The position numbers and the translations under genes were made by a program. The notes beneath the pieces were generated by a model. That model was not told the origin of the DNA. It made no database searches and saw only the letters and a program-made list of their open reading frames with translations. DNA of 64,000 nt, from assembly GCA_041739415.1 (NCBI GenBank), contig JBGSNU010000013.1, forward strand, positions 2,029-66,028, given 5' to 3'. Origin of the DNA: Bdellovibrionales bacterium. GTDB lineage: Bacteria; Bdellovibrionota; Bdellovibrionia; Bdellovibrionales; UBA1609. Shown here one piece after another: positions 37,229 through 45,778 of this stretch. Every line of letters begins with the position of its first letter. Positions within the stretch are counted from its first letter, which is position 1.

Positions 37229-37824
37229 TGTTGAACTCTGTTTGGATAGTATTGGCAATGACGATTGCGGCCGGAAATGCGGGAGCGGAGTGCCCGCCGG
37301 TCTTGTCGAAGGACGCCAATTATTTGAGCGCGCTTCAGTCGCAAGACATTCGAGACGGAGCGGTTGCAGGTGCACCTCGGGCTCTGGCGATTCCACAGGG
37401 CAAAGTGACCGCCGTGCGGCTGTTCGCCACGTGGTGTCCATACTGTAAGCGCGACATGAAGCAGCTCAACGATGTGCTTGGCACGTCCCTCGATCAAGAC
37501 AAATTGGATACGCTGTTAGTTGTCTTTAAGTCACGGCTGGAGACTGAGGCTACATTAAAAAAGTTTATGTTGGAGGGGCTCGCCCAGCTCGGTGTGAAAG
37601 CTCAGCGTTTTGATTTTCGCCATGTGCAGATGACGGGTGCAGAAATGAAAGCGGTGAAGGGAGCCGATGGGAGCCTTCTGTTTCCAGAATTTCTGGGAGT
37701 ACCGTATGCACTGGTCTTCGATAAGAAGGGGCAGCTCAGATTTAGAGGCAACTTCACGGCAGACGAGAAGACCATCAAGCAACACTACGATATGATTCAG
37801 TCTTTGGTGAACGGTAGCTGTTAG
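37225..37824 (+). CDS. secreted thioredoxin-fold protein (TlpA/redoxin-like)
   Basis: ATGA overlap with usp, a signal peptide, and a WCPYC active-site motif. Confidence 0.8.
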   Translation: MMLNSVWIVLAMTIAAGNAGAECPPVLSKDANYLSALQSQDIRDGAVAGAPRALAIPQGKVTAVRLFATWCPYCKRDMKQLNDVLGTSLDQDKLDTLLVVFKSRLETEATLKKFMLEGLAQLGVKAQRFDFRHVQMTGAEMKAVKGADGSLLFPEFLGVPYALVFDKKGQLRFRGNFTADEKTIKQHYDMIQSLVNGSC

Positions 37825-38444
37825 ATCCACTCATAATTAAAGCTGATGCTCACCCGTCGTTCGTCACTTCGATGTGGCGGGACTTCATGCCTTAGCCAAC
37901 TTTCAAAAAGGTAAAATTCTCCCTCTTGGGCTTGCAACTGCAAATAGTTTTGCTGAGCTTTGGGGGCCTGTCGTTGGCGCGGCGGGGCTGCCATAAACAA
38001 GGGGAGGCGTGGGTCCTCAATTTTGAATGGGCTAGCCTCCTTTGGGACCTTCACGTAATACACTCCACTGATCACACTGCCGGGGTGGGTGTGCAACGTA
38101 TGATACGTGGCCGATCCCATGGAATTTGCCCAGCATGTGGTCATCTCAATTTTTCGTCGCATCAAATCCCAGTTCAAGGCCTTGATGTAGCGATTGACAT
38201 GCGGGCGCAGGCGCTTTTCCAGCTCGGCCAGGTTGGGCGAAGTTTGATGCAAACGAAAATAGGAAGAGTAGCTCGAGTAGCCGCCGCTAAAATGCGATCG
38301 ACTCCAGACCTGACCGTGCCGATCTATCTGCTCTAGACTTGCCACCTCGGTGGCCAAGGCTACATTCCACTTTTGGGACCGAGTCAGGTGGCCACGATAA
38401 AAAAACGTGGGAAAGAGTGAGTCGACTTTATAGCTCATACGCAA
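37821..38444 (-). CDS. 2OG-Fe(II) oxygenase-like protein (TIGR02466/PF13759-like)
   Basis: N-terminal SLFPTFFY, HTLHTHPGSVISGVYYV, and FESWLRHEVPP...ISFN, matching the putative 2OG-FeII_Oxy_5 family pattern. Confidence 0.75.
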   Translation of the reverse strand: MRMSYKVDSLFPTFFYRGHLTRSQKWNVALATEVASLEQIDRHGQVWSRSHFSGGYSSYSSYFRLHQTSPNLAELEKRLRPHVNRYIKALNWDLMRRKIEMTTCWANSMGSATYHTLHTHPGSVISGVYYVKVPKEASPFKIEDPRLPLFMAAPPRQRQAPKAQQNYLQLQAQEGEFYLFESWLRHEVPPHRSDERRVSISFNYEWI

Positions 38445-39283
38445 TGGACCTCTCGAGTGGTGATGGATGGACGCATAAAAAAATCGGTCAGAGTTTGTCG
38501 GTCGGTTGCTGATTCTTGCTCGGGTTGATTCAGGCGCTGAGCCGATTCAACAACGGCACTCGGCATGTCCCATAAGGTCCAGAGTGTGGCAAACTGAGTT
38601 TCTAAATTGGGGAATCTTTCGGCCGTTTGGCGAATCTTGGCTGATAGAACAATCGCCTTGAGATATTTGAGAAGATGTAGGGGATGGGAGTTCATGTCGG
38701 CCATGAGGTACTCCAGCTCGCGGCGATATTGCGCGTCTTGCCCCCACTCAAGCAGGGTCGGCAGCGCCTGTCTGAGACATTTGAAGAAACGACGTTGTCC
38801 ATTAAAGCTATTTATATCACCAAAAAATTTGTGGGCATGTTCAAGGTCATGCAGAGTGAAGGCACACGCATTTTTATGTCTACCGTAGCTCTGAAGTTGG
38901 GCTTTCGGCTCTGTGAATACGGTGACAATTCGTTTGCCTTCGCATTGAACCTCGAGCATTTCAACGGGTAAAGGAATGTCATGCCTTAGCACCAAAGGGT
39001 AACGGTCCTCTAGCCACCCCACCAGACCTTCATGTGAGTCCAACACGATGCCACGCAAATAGTGCATCTGAAAAAGTTGTCGAATGTCGAAAGTTTTATT
39101 CAGCCGCTCCTTTTGCCGGCGTGAAAGTTGAAAGTCGAATTGCTCCTTCAGCCAATTTGAGTTTTGCGATACGGCAGTTTGAGTGCCGTGAGAGTGGCTG
39201 CGTGGGCCCGACAGCCAGCCGTTGCCACATTGGCTGTGCACGTGCTGCAAAATGTAACGGGCCGTCGATTCAGCATCTGTCAT
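38435..39283 (-). CDS. hypothetical protein (282 aa)
   Basis: Long ORF overlapping both neighbours by 10-14 nt. No family recognised. It contains a His-rich stretch, FTLHDLEHAHKFF. Confidence 0.7.
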   Translation of the reverse strand: MTDAESTARYILQHVHSQCGNGWLSGPRSHSHGTQTAVSQNSNWLKEQFDFQLSRRQKERLNKTFDIRQLFQMHYLRGIVLDSHEGLVGWLEDRYPLVLRHDIPLPVEMLEVQCEGKRIVTVFTEPKAQLQSYGRHKNACAFTLHDLEHAHKFFGDINSFNGQRRFFKCLRQALPTLLEWGQDAQYRRELEYLMADMNSHPLHLLKYLKAIVLSAKIRQTAERFPNLETQFATLWTLWDMPSAVVESAQRLNQPEQESATDRQTLTDFFMRPSITTREVHCV

Positions 39284-40190
39284 GCTTAACCAAACTGCGA
39301 CTGCGAGTGACTTTGATCAGTTCCGACTGATAGGGAAACGCGAGGCGAAAGCATTCAAGGCCAATGGCAATCGGGGATCTGTCCGTGAGAGTTTTGGGGA
39401 GAGATTCTAGGGCCGCCCCGCCGTAGGTTGTGTCACCGATCAAGGGAGCTCCAAGAAACGACATTTGAGCCCGTATTTGGTGAGTGCGACCTGTAAGCAA
39501 GGTCACCGTGTGGAGATAGAGTTCAGCACCTATCGCCTCAACTTTGTCGACTCGTAGTTCACAGGCGCACCAGTGTGGACCAAGTGGCTCGGTGTGAATT
39601 TGACGAGGAACATGGCTGTCGCGATCCATATAATGCGTGTGTGGTCCTAGTGGTGCGGCCTTGGTGCTTAGGGCCCGATAGGTTTTTTGCATCCAGCCCA
39701 ACCGTAGCACCTTGTTTATGCGCTTGAGCGCTTCGGGATTTTTCGCAAAAACGATTAGACCTTGTGTGGGAATGTCCAGTCGATGAGTGGTGTAAACCTC
39801 AAGCCCAAGAGATTTTTCTAGGCCAATTTTTGCATTCTGCTTAAAGTTATCGAGCGTCGGATGTGTCGGCAGTCCAGCTGGTTTGTCCAGGACTAAAAAA
39901 TCAGCATGATCATACACAATTCTATCGGACAACTTGTCCAAATCCTCACAGGCAAAACTTTTGGGGCGACTGTGCAGTCGTATGAGCGCTCCCGCTTGCA
40001 ATGGAAAGTCGATGCGTTGGCGTCGGCCGTTGACGTAAATCGCGCCCAGCTCGAGCCAGTTCTCAAGCAGTTCTTCAGAAGGGTGAGGTAGGGGATCGTA
40101 GTTGGCTCGCTGCAAAAGATGCAAAAGATTTTGCGGTTTGGTGCAGCGGAAGTGACAAACTCCCGTGCTTGCTTCGATTTGCCGTTGCAT
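39270..40190 (-). CDS. RluA-family pseudouridine synthase
   Basis: Catalytic HRLDIPTQGLIVFAK motif and downstream GRTHQIRAQ. I prefer the ATG at 40190 (MQRQIE) because it avoids overlap with the upstream gene. Confidence 0.88.
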   Translation of the reverse strand: MQRQIEASTGVCHFRCTKPQNLLHLLQRANYDPLPHPSEELLENWLELGAIYVNGRRQRIDFPLQAGALIRLHSRPKSFACEDLDKLSDRIVYDHADFLVLDKPAGLPTHPTLDNFKQNAKIGLEKSLGLEVYTTHRLDIPTQGLIVFAKNPEALKRINKVLRLGWMQKTYRALSTKAAPLGPHTHYMDRDSHVPRQIHTEPLGPHWCACELRVDKVEAIGAELYLHTVTLLTGRTHQIRAQMSFLGAPLIGDTTYGGAALESLPKTLTDRSPIAIGLECFRLAFPYQSELIKVTRSRSLVKHDRC

Positions 40191-40194
40191 AAAT

Positions 40195-40674
40195 TTACCT
40201 TGCGAGTGTGACAGTAACGCTTTGTCCCCGAGTCTCTTCAACTTGCACGCGTAAATGCGTCCAGTTCTTCAGGCCCTGCAAGGCGCTGTGAAGGTTCACC
40301 GCCACATGTCGAGCCAACTCCTCGCTCGAGATATTCAACAACGGCAGACTCATCGTGTCGGCGAGTGGAAACGAGTATTTTTTTGTGCCGAAGCTGACGC
40401 GCATATTTTCGGAGTCAGATTCGATTTGAACATAGGGGGAGTTCGCCGGGACCAAGATGCGCTCGTCCAGCTCATCACAAATTTTCTTAATGAGAGGTTT
40501 GATGGCATTGAAGTCTTCAGCAATCCCAAGATGTGGATCGGTCTTACTAAAGTCCACTTCTACTGCAACTGCATAATTGTGACCATGCAGGCGTTCAGCA
40601 TTGGTGCTGGAGAAAATGGTGAAATGTGAGCACGAAAATTTAAACGCCTCTTTTGCTAATCGAACAGTGTACAT
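40195..40674 (-). CDS. 6-pyruvoyl-tetrahydropterin synthase / QueD family (COG0720) protein
   Basis: FKFSCSHF...AERLHGHNYAV zinc-binding His triad pattern. 159 aa, immediately downstream of folE. Confidence 0.85.
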   Translation of the reverse strand: MYTVRLAKEAFKFSCSHFTIFSSTNAERLHGHNYAVAVEVDFSKTDPHLGIAEDFNAIKPLIKKICDELDERILVPANSPYVQIESDSENMRVSFGTKKYSFPLADTMSLPLLNISSEELARHVAVNLHSALQGLKNWTHLRVQVEETRGQSVTVTLAR

Positions 40675-40679
40675 AAGAA

Positions 40680-41345
40680 TTACCTACCACTTTGGACAAC
40701 GGATAAAAATTCTGAGCGTGTGCGGGGATCTTCACGAAAGGCTCCACGCAAGTCGCTCGTCACCGTTGTTGAGGCCGCGTCTTCAACTCCTCGCTGAATG
40801 ACACAGTAGTGCCGAGCTTCTATGTAAACAGCCACATCCTCACTCTCCAAAACCTGACAAAGACAGTCGGCAATTTGTTTGGTCAGACGCTCTTGCACCT
40901 GCGGGCGGCGTGAGAAGAACTTGGCCACTCGATTGATCTTCGACAGTCCAATTACCCGGTTCTTTGGAATGTAAGCGATCGTCGCATGACCATCGATGGT
41001 CACAAAGTGATGTTCACAAACTGAAATGATAGACACATTCTTAACTGTCACCATCTCATTGTAATTCAATTTGTTATCTATACTGGTCATGCGCGGAAAG
41101 TTGGCAGGATCTAAACCAGAAAACACCTCGTTGACATACATTCTGGCAACCCGTCGTGGTGTGTCCTTCAGGCTGTCATCGGTTAAATCGAGGCCGAGCG
41201 TCTCCATAATTTGCCGAAAACAGTGAGTGATTTTTTCAACCTTTTCACAGTCCGAAAGATTGTTGTCGACCATAGGTGTGGGTTGCACCTGGTTGAGAAT
41301 AGCCTCAACTACGGGATCAATAGCGGAACTTCTTGGCTTAGACAT
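40680..41345 (-). CDS. folE: GTP cyclohydrolase I
   Basis: SICEHHFV, VIGLSKINR..FSRRPQVQERLT, and HYCV motifs. I prefer the ATG at 41345 (MSKPRSS), which overlaps the upstream gene end by 8 nt. Confidence 0.93.
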   Translation of the reverse strand: MSKPRSSAIDPVVEAILNQVQPTPMVDNNLSDCEKVEKITHCFRQIMETLGLDLTDDSLKDTPRRVARMYVNEVFSGLDPANFPRMTSIDNKLNYNEMVTVKNVSIISVCEHHFVTIDGHATIAYIPKNRVIGLSKINRVAKFFSRRPQVQERLTKQIADCLCQVLESEDVAVYIEARHYCVIQRGVEDAASTTVTSDLRGAFREDPRTRSEFLSVVQSGR

Positions 41346-42390
41346 GAGCGGCCTTTCTATGTCTGCGGTCGTAACGAATTGAAGAGACGAGTGAGATTCC
41401 GATAATGATGGCTCCAATGAGTCCGGTGACCACTTCGGGAATATGCATAAAAACATTAATAAACATGATCGAGGCCAAAGCGCCGATAGCGTAAAATGCC
41501 CCGTGCTCTAGGTAGCGAAACTGTTCAAGAGTTTCATTTTCTACCAACATGATTGTGAGGCTTCGCACAAACATCGCGCCGATGCCCAGACCTGCAGCAA
41601 TAATAAATAAATTGTGAGTCAGTGCGAATGCGCCAATCACTCCATCGAAACTAAAGGATGCATCTAGTATTTCAAGGTAGACGAACATCGCTGCACTGGC
41701 CTTTTCTAGGTCGCGCTGTTGGCCTTCGGGCACATGGAGGAGCGCACTTATTCCATCCACAGTCACATAGGTGACAACTCCAAAAACGGCCGCTGATAGA
41801 AAGCTCAGCTGCTCTTCTGTGGTGGGCAAAGCCCGGCTAACAGCGTAGGCCAGGAGCAAACAGATAGAGCCTTCAACCGCTGTTATTTTACCCATTTTCG
41901 TCAGCGTGCGCTCGATCCAGCTCACCCAGTGAATCTCTTTGGTTTCATCAAAAAAATATTTGAGGCAGACCATTAACAAAAAGCTGCCACCAAAACCGGC
42001 TAAGTTGAGGTGGGCCGAAAGCATCGTCTTGGCGTATTCCTCAGGTTGTGTACTTGCCAGAACAAGTGCGGCCCATGGGTTAATCTGCGCCGCCAGGCAA
42101 ACAATAACGATTGGAAATACGATGCGCATTCCAAACACCGCAATCAAGATGCCCCAGGTGATAAATCGGTGGCGCCATTTGGGAGTCATTTTTCGAAGTA
42201 CGGAGGCATTTACTACAGCGTTATCAAACGACAGCGAAATCTCGAGCACACTGAGAATGAAAGTGAGGAACAGCGCGGTCAGAGCGCCCTTAAGAGTGTC
42301 GTCGTACCAATACCCGACCCACGCACCGAATGTTAAGCCGATCGCTGTGACAATGAATGAACTTGTGAAGTACTTCAGATATTTTTTCAT
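41338..42390 (-). CDS. TerC-related integral membrane protein (DUF475-like)
   Basis: Multi-TM protein with two SLSFDNAVVNA / DASFSFDGVIGA half-repeats. ATG at 42390 after a G-rich RBS. Confidence 0.8.
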   Translation of the reverse strand: MKKYLKYFTSSFIVTAIGLTFGAWVGYWYDDTLKGALTALFLTFILSVLEISLSFDNAVVNASVLRKMTPKWRHRFITWGILIAVFGMRIVFPIVIVCLAAQINPWAALVLASTQPEEYAKTMLSAHLNLAGFGGSFLLMVCLKYFFDETKEIHWVSWIERTLTKMGKITAVEGSICLLLAYAVSRALPTTEEQLSFLSAAVFGVVTYVTVDGISALLHVPEGQQRDLEKASAAMFVYLEILDASFSFDGVIGAFALTHNLFIIAAGLGIGAMFVRSLTIMLVENETLEQFRYLEHGAFYAIGALASIMFINVFMHIPEVVTGLIGAIIIGISLVSSIRYDRRHRKAAHV

Positions 42391-42426
42391 GCCCCCCAAC
42401 CTAACTTAAGGCTGAGGGAGGCACAA

Positions 42427-43932
42427 CTATTTGGCGCCGTCGAATTCGCCGCGGCGCTGACTTTCACGCTCTTCTCGCCTATTCTCCGGCCGGTTGCTTT
42501 CATTCTCTTTGTTTTTAGCGCCTTCAAAGCCCCGGCGATTGCGACTAGGCTCCTCAAGCTGCTTGGGTCTATCAGGACGATTTCGACTCGGTTCGTCTCC
42601 ATCGTTGCGGGGCGTGCCCGGCGGGATGCCTCGACCGCGCTTGTTGCAGAGGTAACGACTTTTATAGGCGTCACCGCCCCAGCATTGTCCCGCACAATCC
42701 CAGGTGCCCCGACGTTCTTCTTTTGGCAGCCGACAACCAATAGTCAGATCTGAATAGAGCTGGGCATTCTCAGCGGGCTGAATTCCTTCGAGTGAGCCAG
42801 CCGTTGTTCCTATGCGAGGAAAATCGGCGGGCAGGGCGGAGGGCTTCTGACACATACGAAACGCGGGATTGGTTTCGCTGCGTGTGCCGATAGCCTGCAT
42901 GCACTTGCCAAAGGCGCGATCCACAAAGTTCTCCGCATGGCCGTAAGCGCGCATTCGCCAGTGCGCCTCAGGAATCGAACCCACGTCGAGAAAGCCACCG
43001 CCAAAAATTTTTCGAAAGTCTCTTTGGGTTATGTCCTGACTCACCGACATTTGGCCGATGGTTTGGGAATGACCTTGGCGCTCAGTGAGGCTTGCTCCCA
43101 TGATGATGTGACTGCCTTGGCCGTTTAGATACTCGGAGTCTGTGCAATAGCCGTAGGTCGAGACCATCTCAACCACGCGCTTTTGATAGGCTTGTCTATT
43201 TGACGGATCAACTTTTTGATACTTTCGTGCCACCGCGCCGAGCAGAGAAATCCATTTGTAAAGTGATTCAGACTTACTGACCTTAGACGCTCCGGAGAAC
43301 TGGAGCCCACAGGCCACGCAAGCGAGCGATCCTAAATCTTGATAGCGAGTCATGCAATTGTCGGCAGTGATTGGCGTGGAGGTGTCGACAAACGCTTTTG
43401 CTTGGCGAGTGCCTTGTTTCAATCGAATCACCCGTGGTGGAATGGCCTTGGCGCTTCCGGCACCTCGGTTACCTGAGGGTGCATTTGCTTGACCTTGATC
43501 GCGAACACGCGTGGGTCCAGCCGCTTGATCCGCAGGCCCAGGGCTCGCGGGTAGCGACTTCGTCGACGCTCCATCGGGTTCACAAAGGCCTGATCGAATG
43601 GCATTGTTCCTGGTGTTTAGTGAAATGATCTGACTGCACTTCGGGATACTACATCCACCCGGCTCACCATTGCGCGCTTTGCGGACCATTACATCGCGCA
43701 TTTCCCCTTTCGGAATCATAACGCAAGAGATGGCTGCGGGAGAGCGGGGTGTTGCATCGGTTTCCTCAACCGCTTCACTTTCTTCCTCGGGCAGCTCAAA
43801 GACTGGAGTCTGACCTTCGTTCTCGTGGCTGGCTACAACGTCTGGCTGTGCTCCTGGCTGCACACGTCGTTGCAGTGCCGGTTGGAGCAAAATGAAACTC
43901 AAAATAAAAACCTGTAGCAAACGCTTAGTCAT
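42427..43932 (-). CDS. secreted Cys-rich hypothetical protein with disordered basic/acidic C-terminal tail
   Basis: Signal-like N-terminus, 20+ Cys residues, and a C-terminal 80-aa R/E/N/P-rich tail containing a repeated EPSRNR motif. It starts 7 nt after the upstream gene stop. Confidence 0.7.
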   Translation of the reverse strand: MTKRLLQVFILSFILLQPALQRRVQPGAQPDVVASHENEGQTPVFELPEEESEAVEETDATPRSPAAISCVMIPKGEMRDVMVRKARNGEPGGCSIPKCSQIISLNTRNNAIRSGLCEPDGASTKSLPASPGPADQAAGPTRVRDQGQANAPSGNRGAGSAKAIPPRVIRLKQGTRQAKAFVDTSTPITADNCMTRYQDLGSLACVACGLQFSGASKVSKSESLYKWISLLGAVARKYQKVDPSNRQAYQKRVVEMVSTYGYCTDSEYLNGQGSHIIMGASLTERQGHSQTIGQMSVSQDITQRDFRKIFGGGFLDVGSIPEAHWRMRAYGHAENFVDRAFGKCMQAIGTRSETNPAFRMCQKPSALPADFPRIGTTAGSLEGIQPAENAQLYSDLTIGCRLPKEERRGTWDCAGQCWGGDAYKSRYLCNKRGRGIPPGTPRNDGDEPSRNRPDRPKQLEEPSRNRRGFEGAKNKENESNRPENRREERESQRRGEFDGAK

Positions 43933-43939
43933 ATAAACC

Positions 43940-45703
43940 TCAAGGGCACTTGTAAACAGCCCGTATTTTCACACCTTCTGGTATCACAGGTGAAAACTTT
44001 AGCTCGTCACCGGTAAGAGTCACAGTCGTTGTGATCGGTCGATCAAAGGTGACCGTGGGGTTGCCAATCGGCGTGCACTCGAGTTTCATCCCGGGCATGC
44101 TGTTGATCAAACGGTCCTTCATTAGGCGCAAGTTCTCAGTGTAATCGGCGGCGCAGATGCTACCAATATATCCACCGGTTTTGTTTGAGAGCTCCGCGTA
44201 GGTGCGACCGGGGAAGGCAGGTGACGACTGAGCGTCTTGGGCGTTTTCACACGCATTATCACCTGGTTTTACGATGATCGAGTTCCAAAGGAATGGTTTA
44301 ACAAAGCCAGGCTTATTGTAAACAGAACTCACACTGGCCCGCATTGTGTCGGGCAAGTCGATCGCCTCGAGTGGCTTGTATTGCTGAGAGCTGAGCGCTC
44401 GAATGCCGCCAACACTTCGTTCATCCTCGTCCGATATCAGAATCGCGGCGAGTGTCGCTTCAGGTCTTAGGCAACCAGTTCCCCGGTAGTCTCGAACCAT
44501 TAAGCCAAGAGCCGCAATACCACGCTCATCCGAGCTCCACTCGGTGCCGAGCGAGTTGATGGTGTCGACAAACACTTTGCTCTTGTTTGGAGTCGCATTG
44601 CTCATGATCACACTGTTCAGCCCTTCCCACTTGATCGGGCTACCTTTGTAGTAGGTGATGTCGGTGGAGGTGATACAGACTCGATAATCGACTTTCAAAG
44701 CGTCTAAGTCGCCAATCAATCCATTCATCCGTGTGGCCAGTTTAGTTTGATCTTCCTTCATCGAGCTTGAGTCATCGATGATGAGAATCACATCCACAGA
44801 ATTAAGTGCAGGTGTGACAAAGAGCTCTTGCGTGACGGTTCGACTGGTCGGGCACGTTTGAGTGTTGCAAGCCCGCGTGGCTTCAGGTTTGTTGGCGGCG
44901 TTGCAATAGGTAGTGGATACGTACGCTCCATCGTTTCGTCGGCACGCGAGGCTGCGCGACTGTGTTCCGCCACCACAGGTTTTTGAACAGACGGACCAAG
45001 GTTGGGGCTCCCATAGGTAGGAGTACACCACGGGACAATTTTGAGTGTTGCAGGTTCGATTTGTTGGAGGCTTAGTCGCAGCATTGCACAGAGAATCATT
45101 TGCAGTTGTGCCATCGTTGCGTTTGCAAACAACCACGTCTGTCGCAGTTCCTCCGCCACACTCCTTCGAACAAATGCCAGGCGTGACTTGCCATGCATAG
45201 GTAACGTCAGGCGGGCAGGGTTCTGTGTTGCAAGGTGATGTCGTAGTTGGTTTTGGACTTGGACAGCTTGAATCTGCCACGGTTTGCCCGTTTTGGTTTT
45301 GACAAACAACCGTACGAGTTCGAGCACCTGTGCCACAGGTTTTACTGCACGTGCCGTAGGCACCGATGTTCCATGTGTACGTTGATGTACATCCTTCAAC
45401 ATTGCAGGAGCGACTGTTGGCGGGCTTCGGGCCTGTGCAGGATGAGTCGGCTACAACAACGTCCTTCTGGTTGCGACATTCAACAACTTGAGTTTGTGTT
45501 CCGCCGCCACAAGGTTTTGAGCATGAGCCAAAACCTCCCTGGTACCACGAATAAGTGGCTTGGCCGCAGGCAGAACCGCTGCAAGTGGGGTCTTTGCCGC
45601 CACCACCTCCACCGTCTTTCTTGCTGCTAAAGCGCACGTCCGAGCAAGCGGCAGTGATGAACAGAGTCGTTAGAATGAGTGAAGCTCGCATAATTTTTCT
45701 CAT
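43940..45703 (-). CDS. lipoprotein with four thrombospondin type-1 (ADAMTS-like) repeats and a vWA domain
   Basis: Lipobox LFITAAC and a Gly6 linker. Four repeats of W-x(4-5)-CSK-x-CG-x-G-x(8)-C...C-x(3,4)-KP-x(5)-CN-x(3)-C, then a MIDAS-like ILIIDDSSSM and a later ILISDEDE. Confidence 0.85.
   Translation of the reverse strand: MRKIMRASLILTTLFITAACSDVRFSSKKDGGGGGGKDPTCSGSACGQATYSWYQGGFGSCSKPCGGGTQTQVVECRNQKDVVVADSSCTGPKPANSRSCNVEGCTSTYTWNIGAYGTCSKTCGTGARTRTVVCQNQNGQTVADSSCPSPKPTTTSPCNTEPCPPDVTYAWQVTPGICSKECGGGTATDVVVCKRNDGTTANDSLCNAATKPPTNRTCNTQNCPVVYSYLWEPQPWSVCSKTCGGGTQSRSLACRRNDGAYVSTTYCNAANKPEATRACNTQTCPTSRTVTQELFVTPALNSVDVILIIDDSSSMKEDQTKLATRMNGLIGDLDALKVDYRVCITSTDITYYKGSPIKWEGLNSVIMSNATPNKSKVFVDTINSLGTEWSSDERGIAALGLMVRDYRGTGCLRPEATLAAILISDEDERSVGGIRALSSQQYKPLEAIDLPDTMRASVSSVYNKPGFVKPFLWNSIIVKPGDNACENAQDAQSSPAFPGRTYAELSNKTGGYIGSICAADYTENLRLMKDRLINSMPGMKLECTPIGNPTVTFDRPITTTVTLTGDELKFSPVIPEGVKIRAVYKCP
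44852..45556 (-). repeat. four tandem ~56-61-codon TSP1-like coding repeats
   Basis: Residues 50-105, 106-163, 164-223 and 224-284 of the 587-aa protein share the same six-Cys framework. Confidence 0.85.
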
Positions 45704-45778
45704 AAAGATCTCCTGATCCAGTCTCTAGATCGGCAGAAATCTCAATTTAGCAGGTCTAGAATTGCAGAGGCGTAGGAC

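Noticed and set aside
42387-42740. 117-aa ORF overlapping the 3-prime end of the 501-aa gene and the TerC-like gene start
   Set aside because: It is an alternative frame of the low-complexity tail region, with no independent RBS or start context. The 501-aa frame is continuous with the rest of that protein.
44788-45402. 204-aa ORF on the same strand as the TSR-vWA gene but in a different frame (also 45247..45630 and 45041..45238 on the opposite strand)
   Set aside because: These lie entirely inside a gene with strong repeat and domain evidence. Their sequences are compositionally odd (Arg/Ala/Leu/Pro-rich) frame-shadow products.
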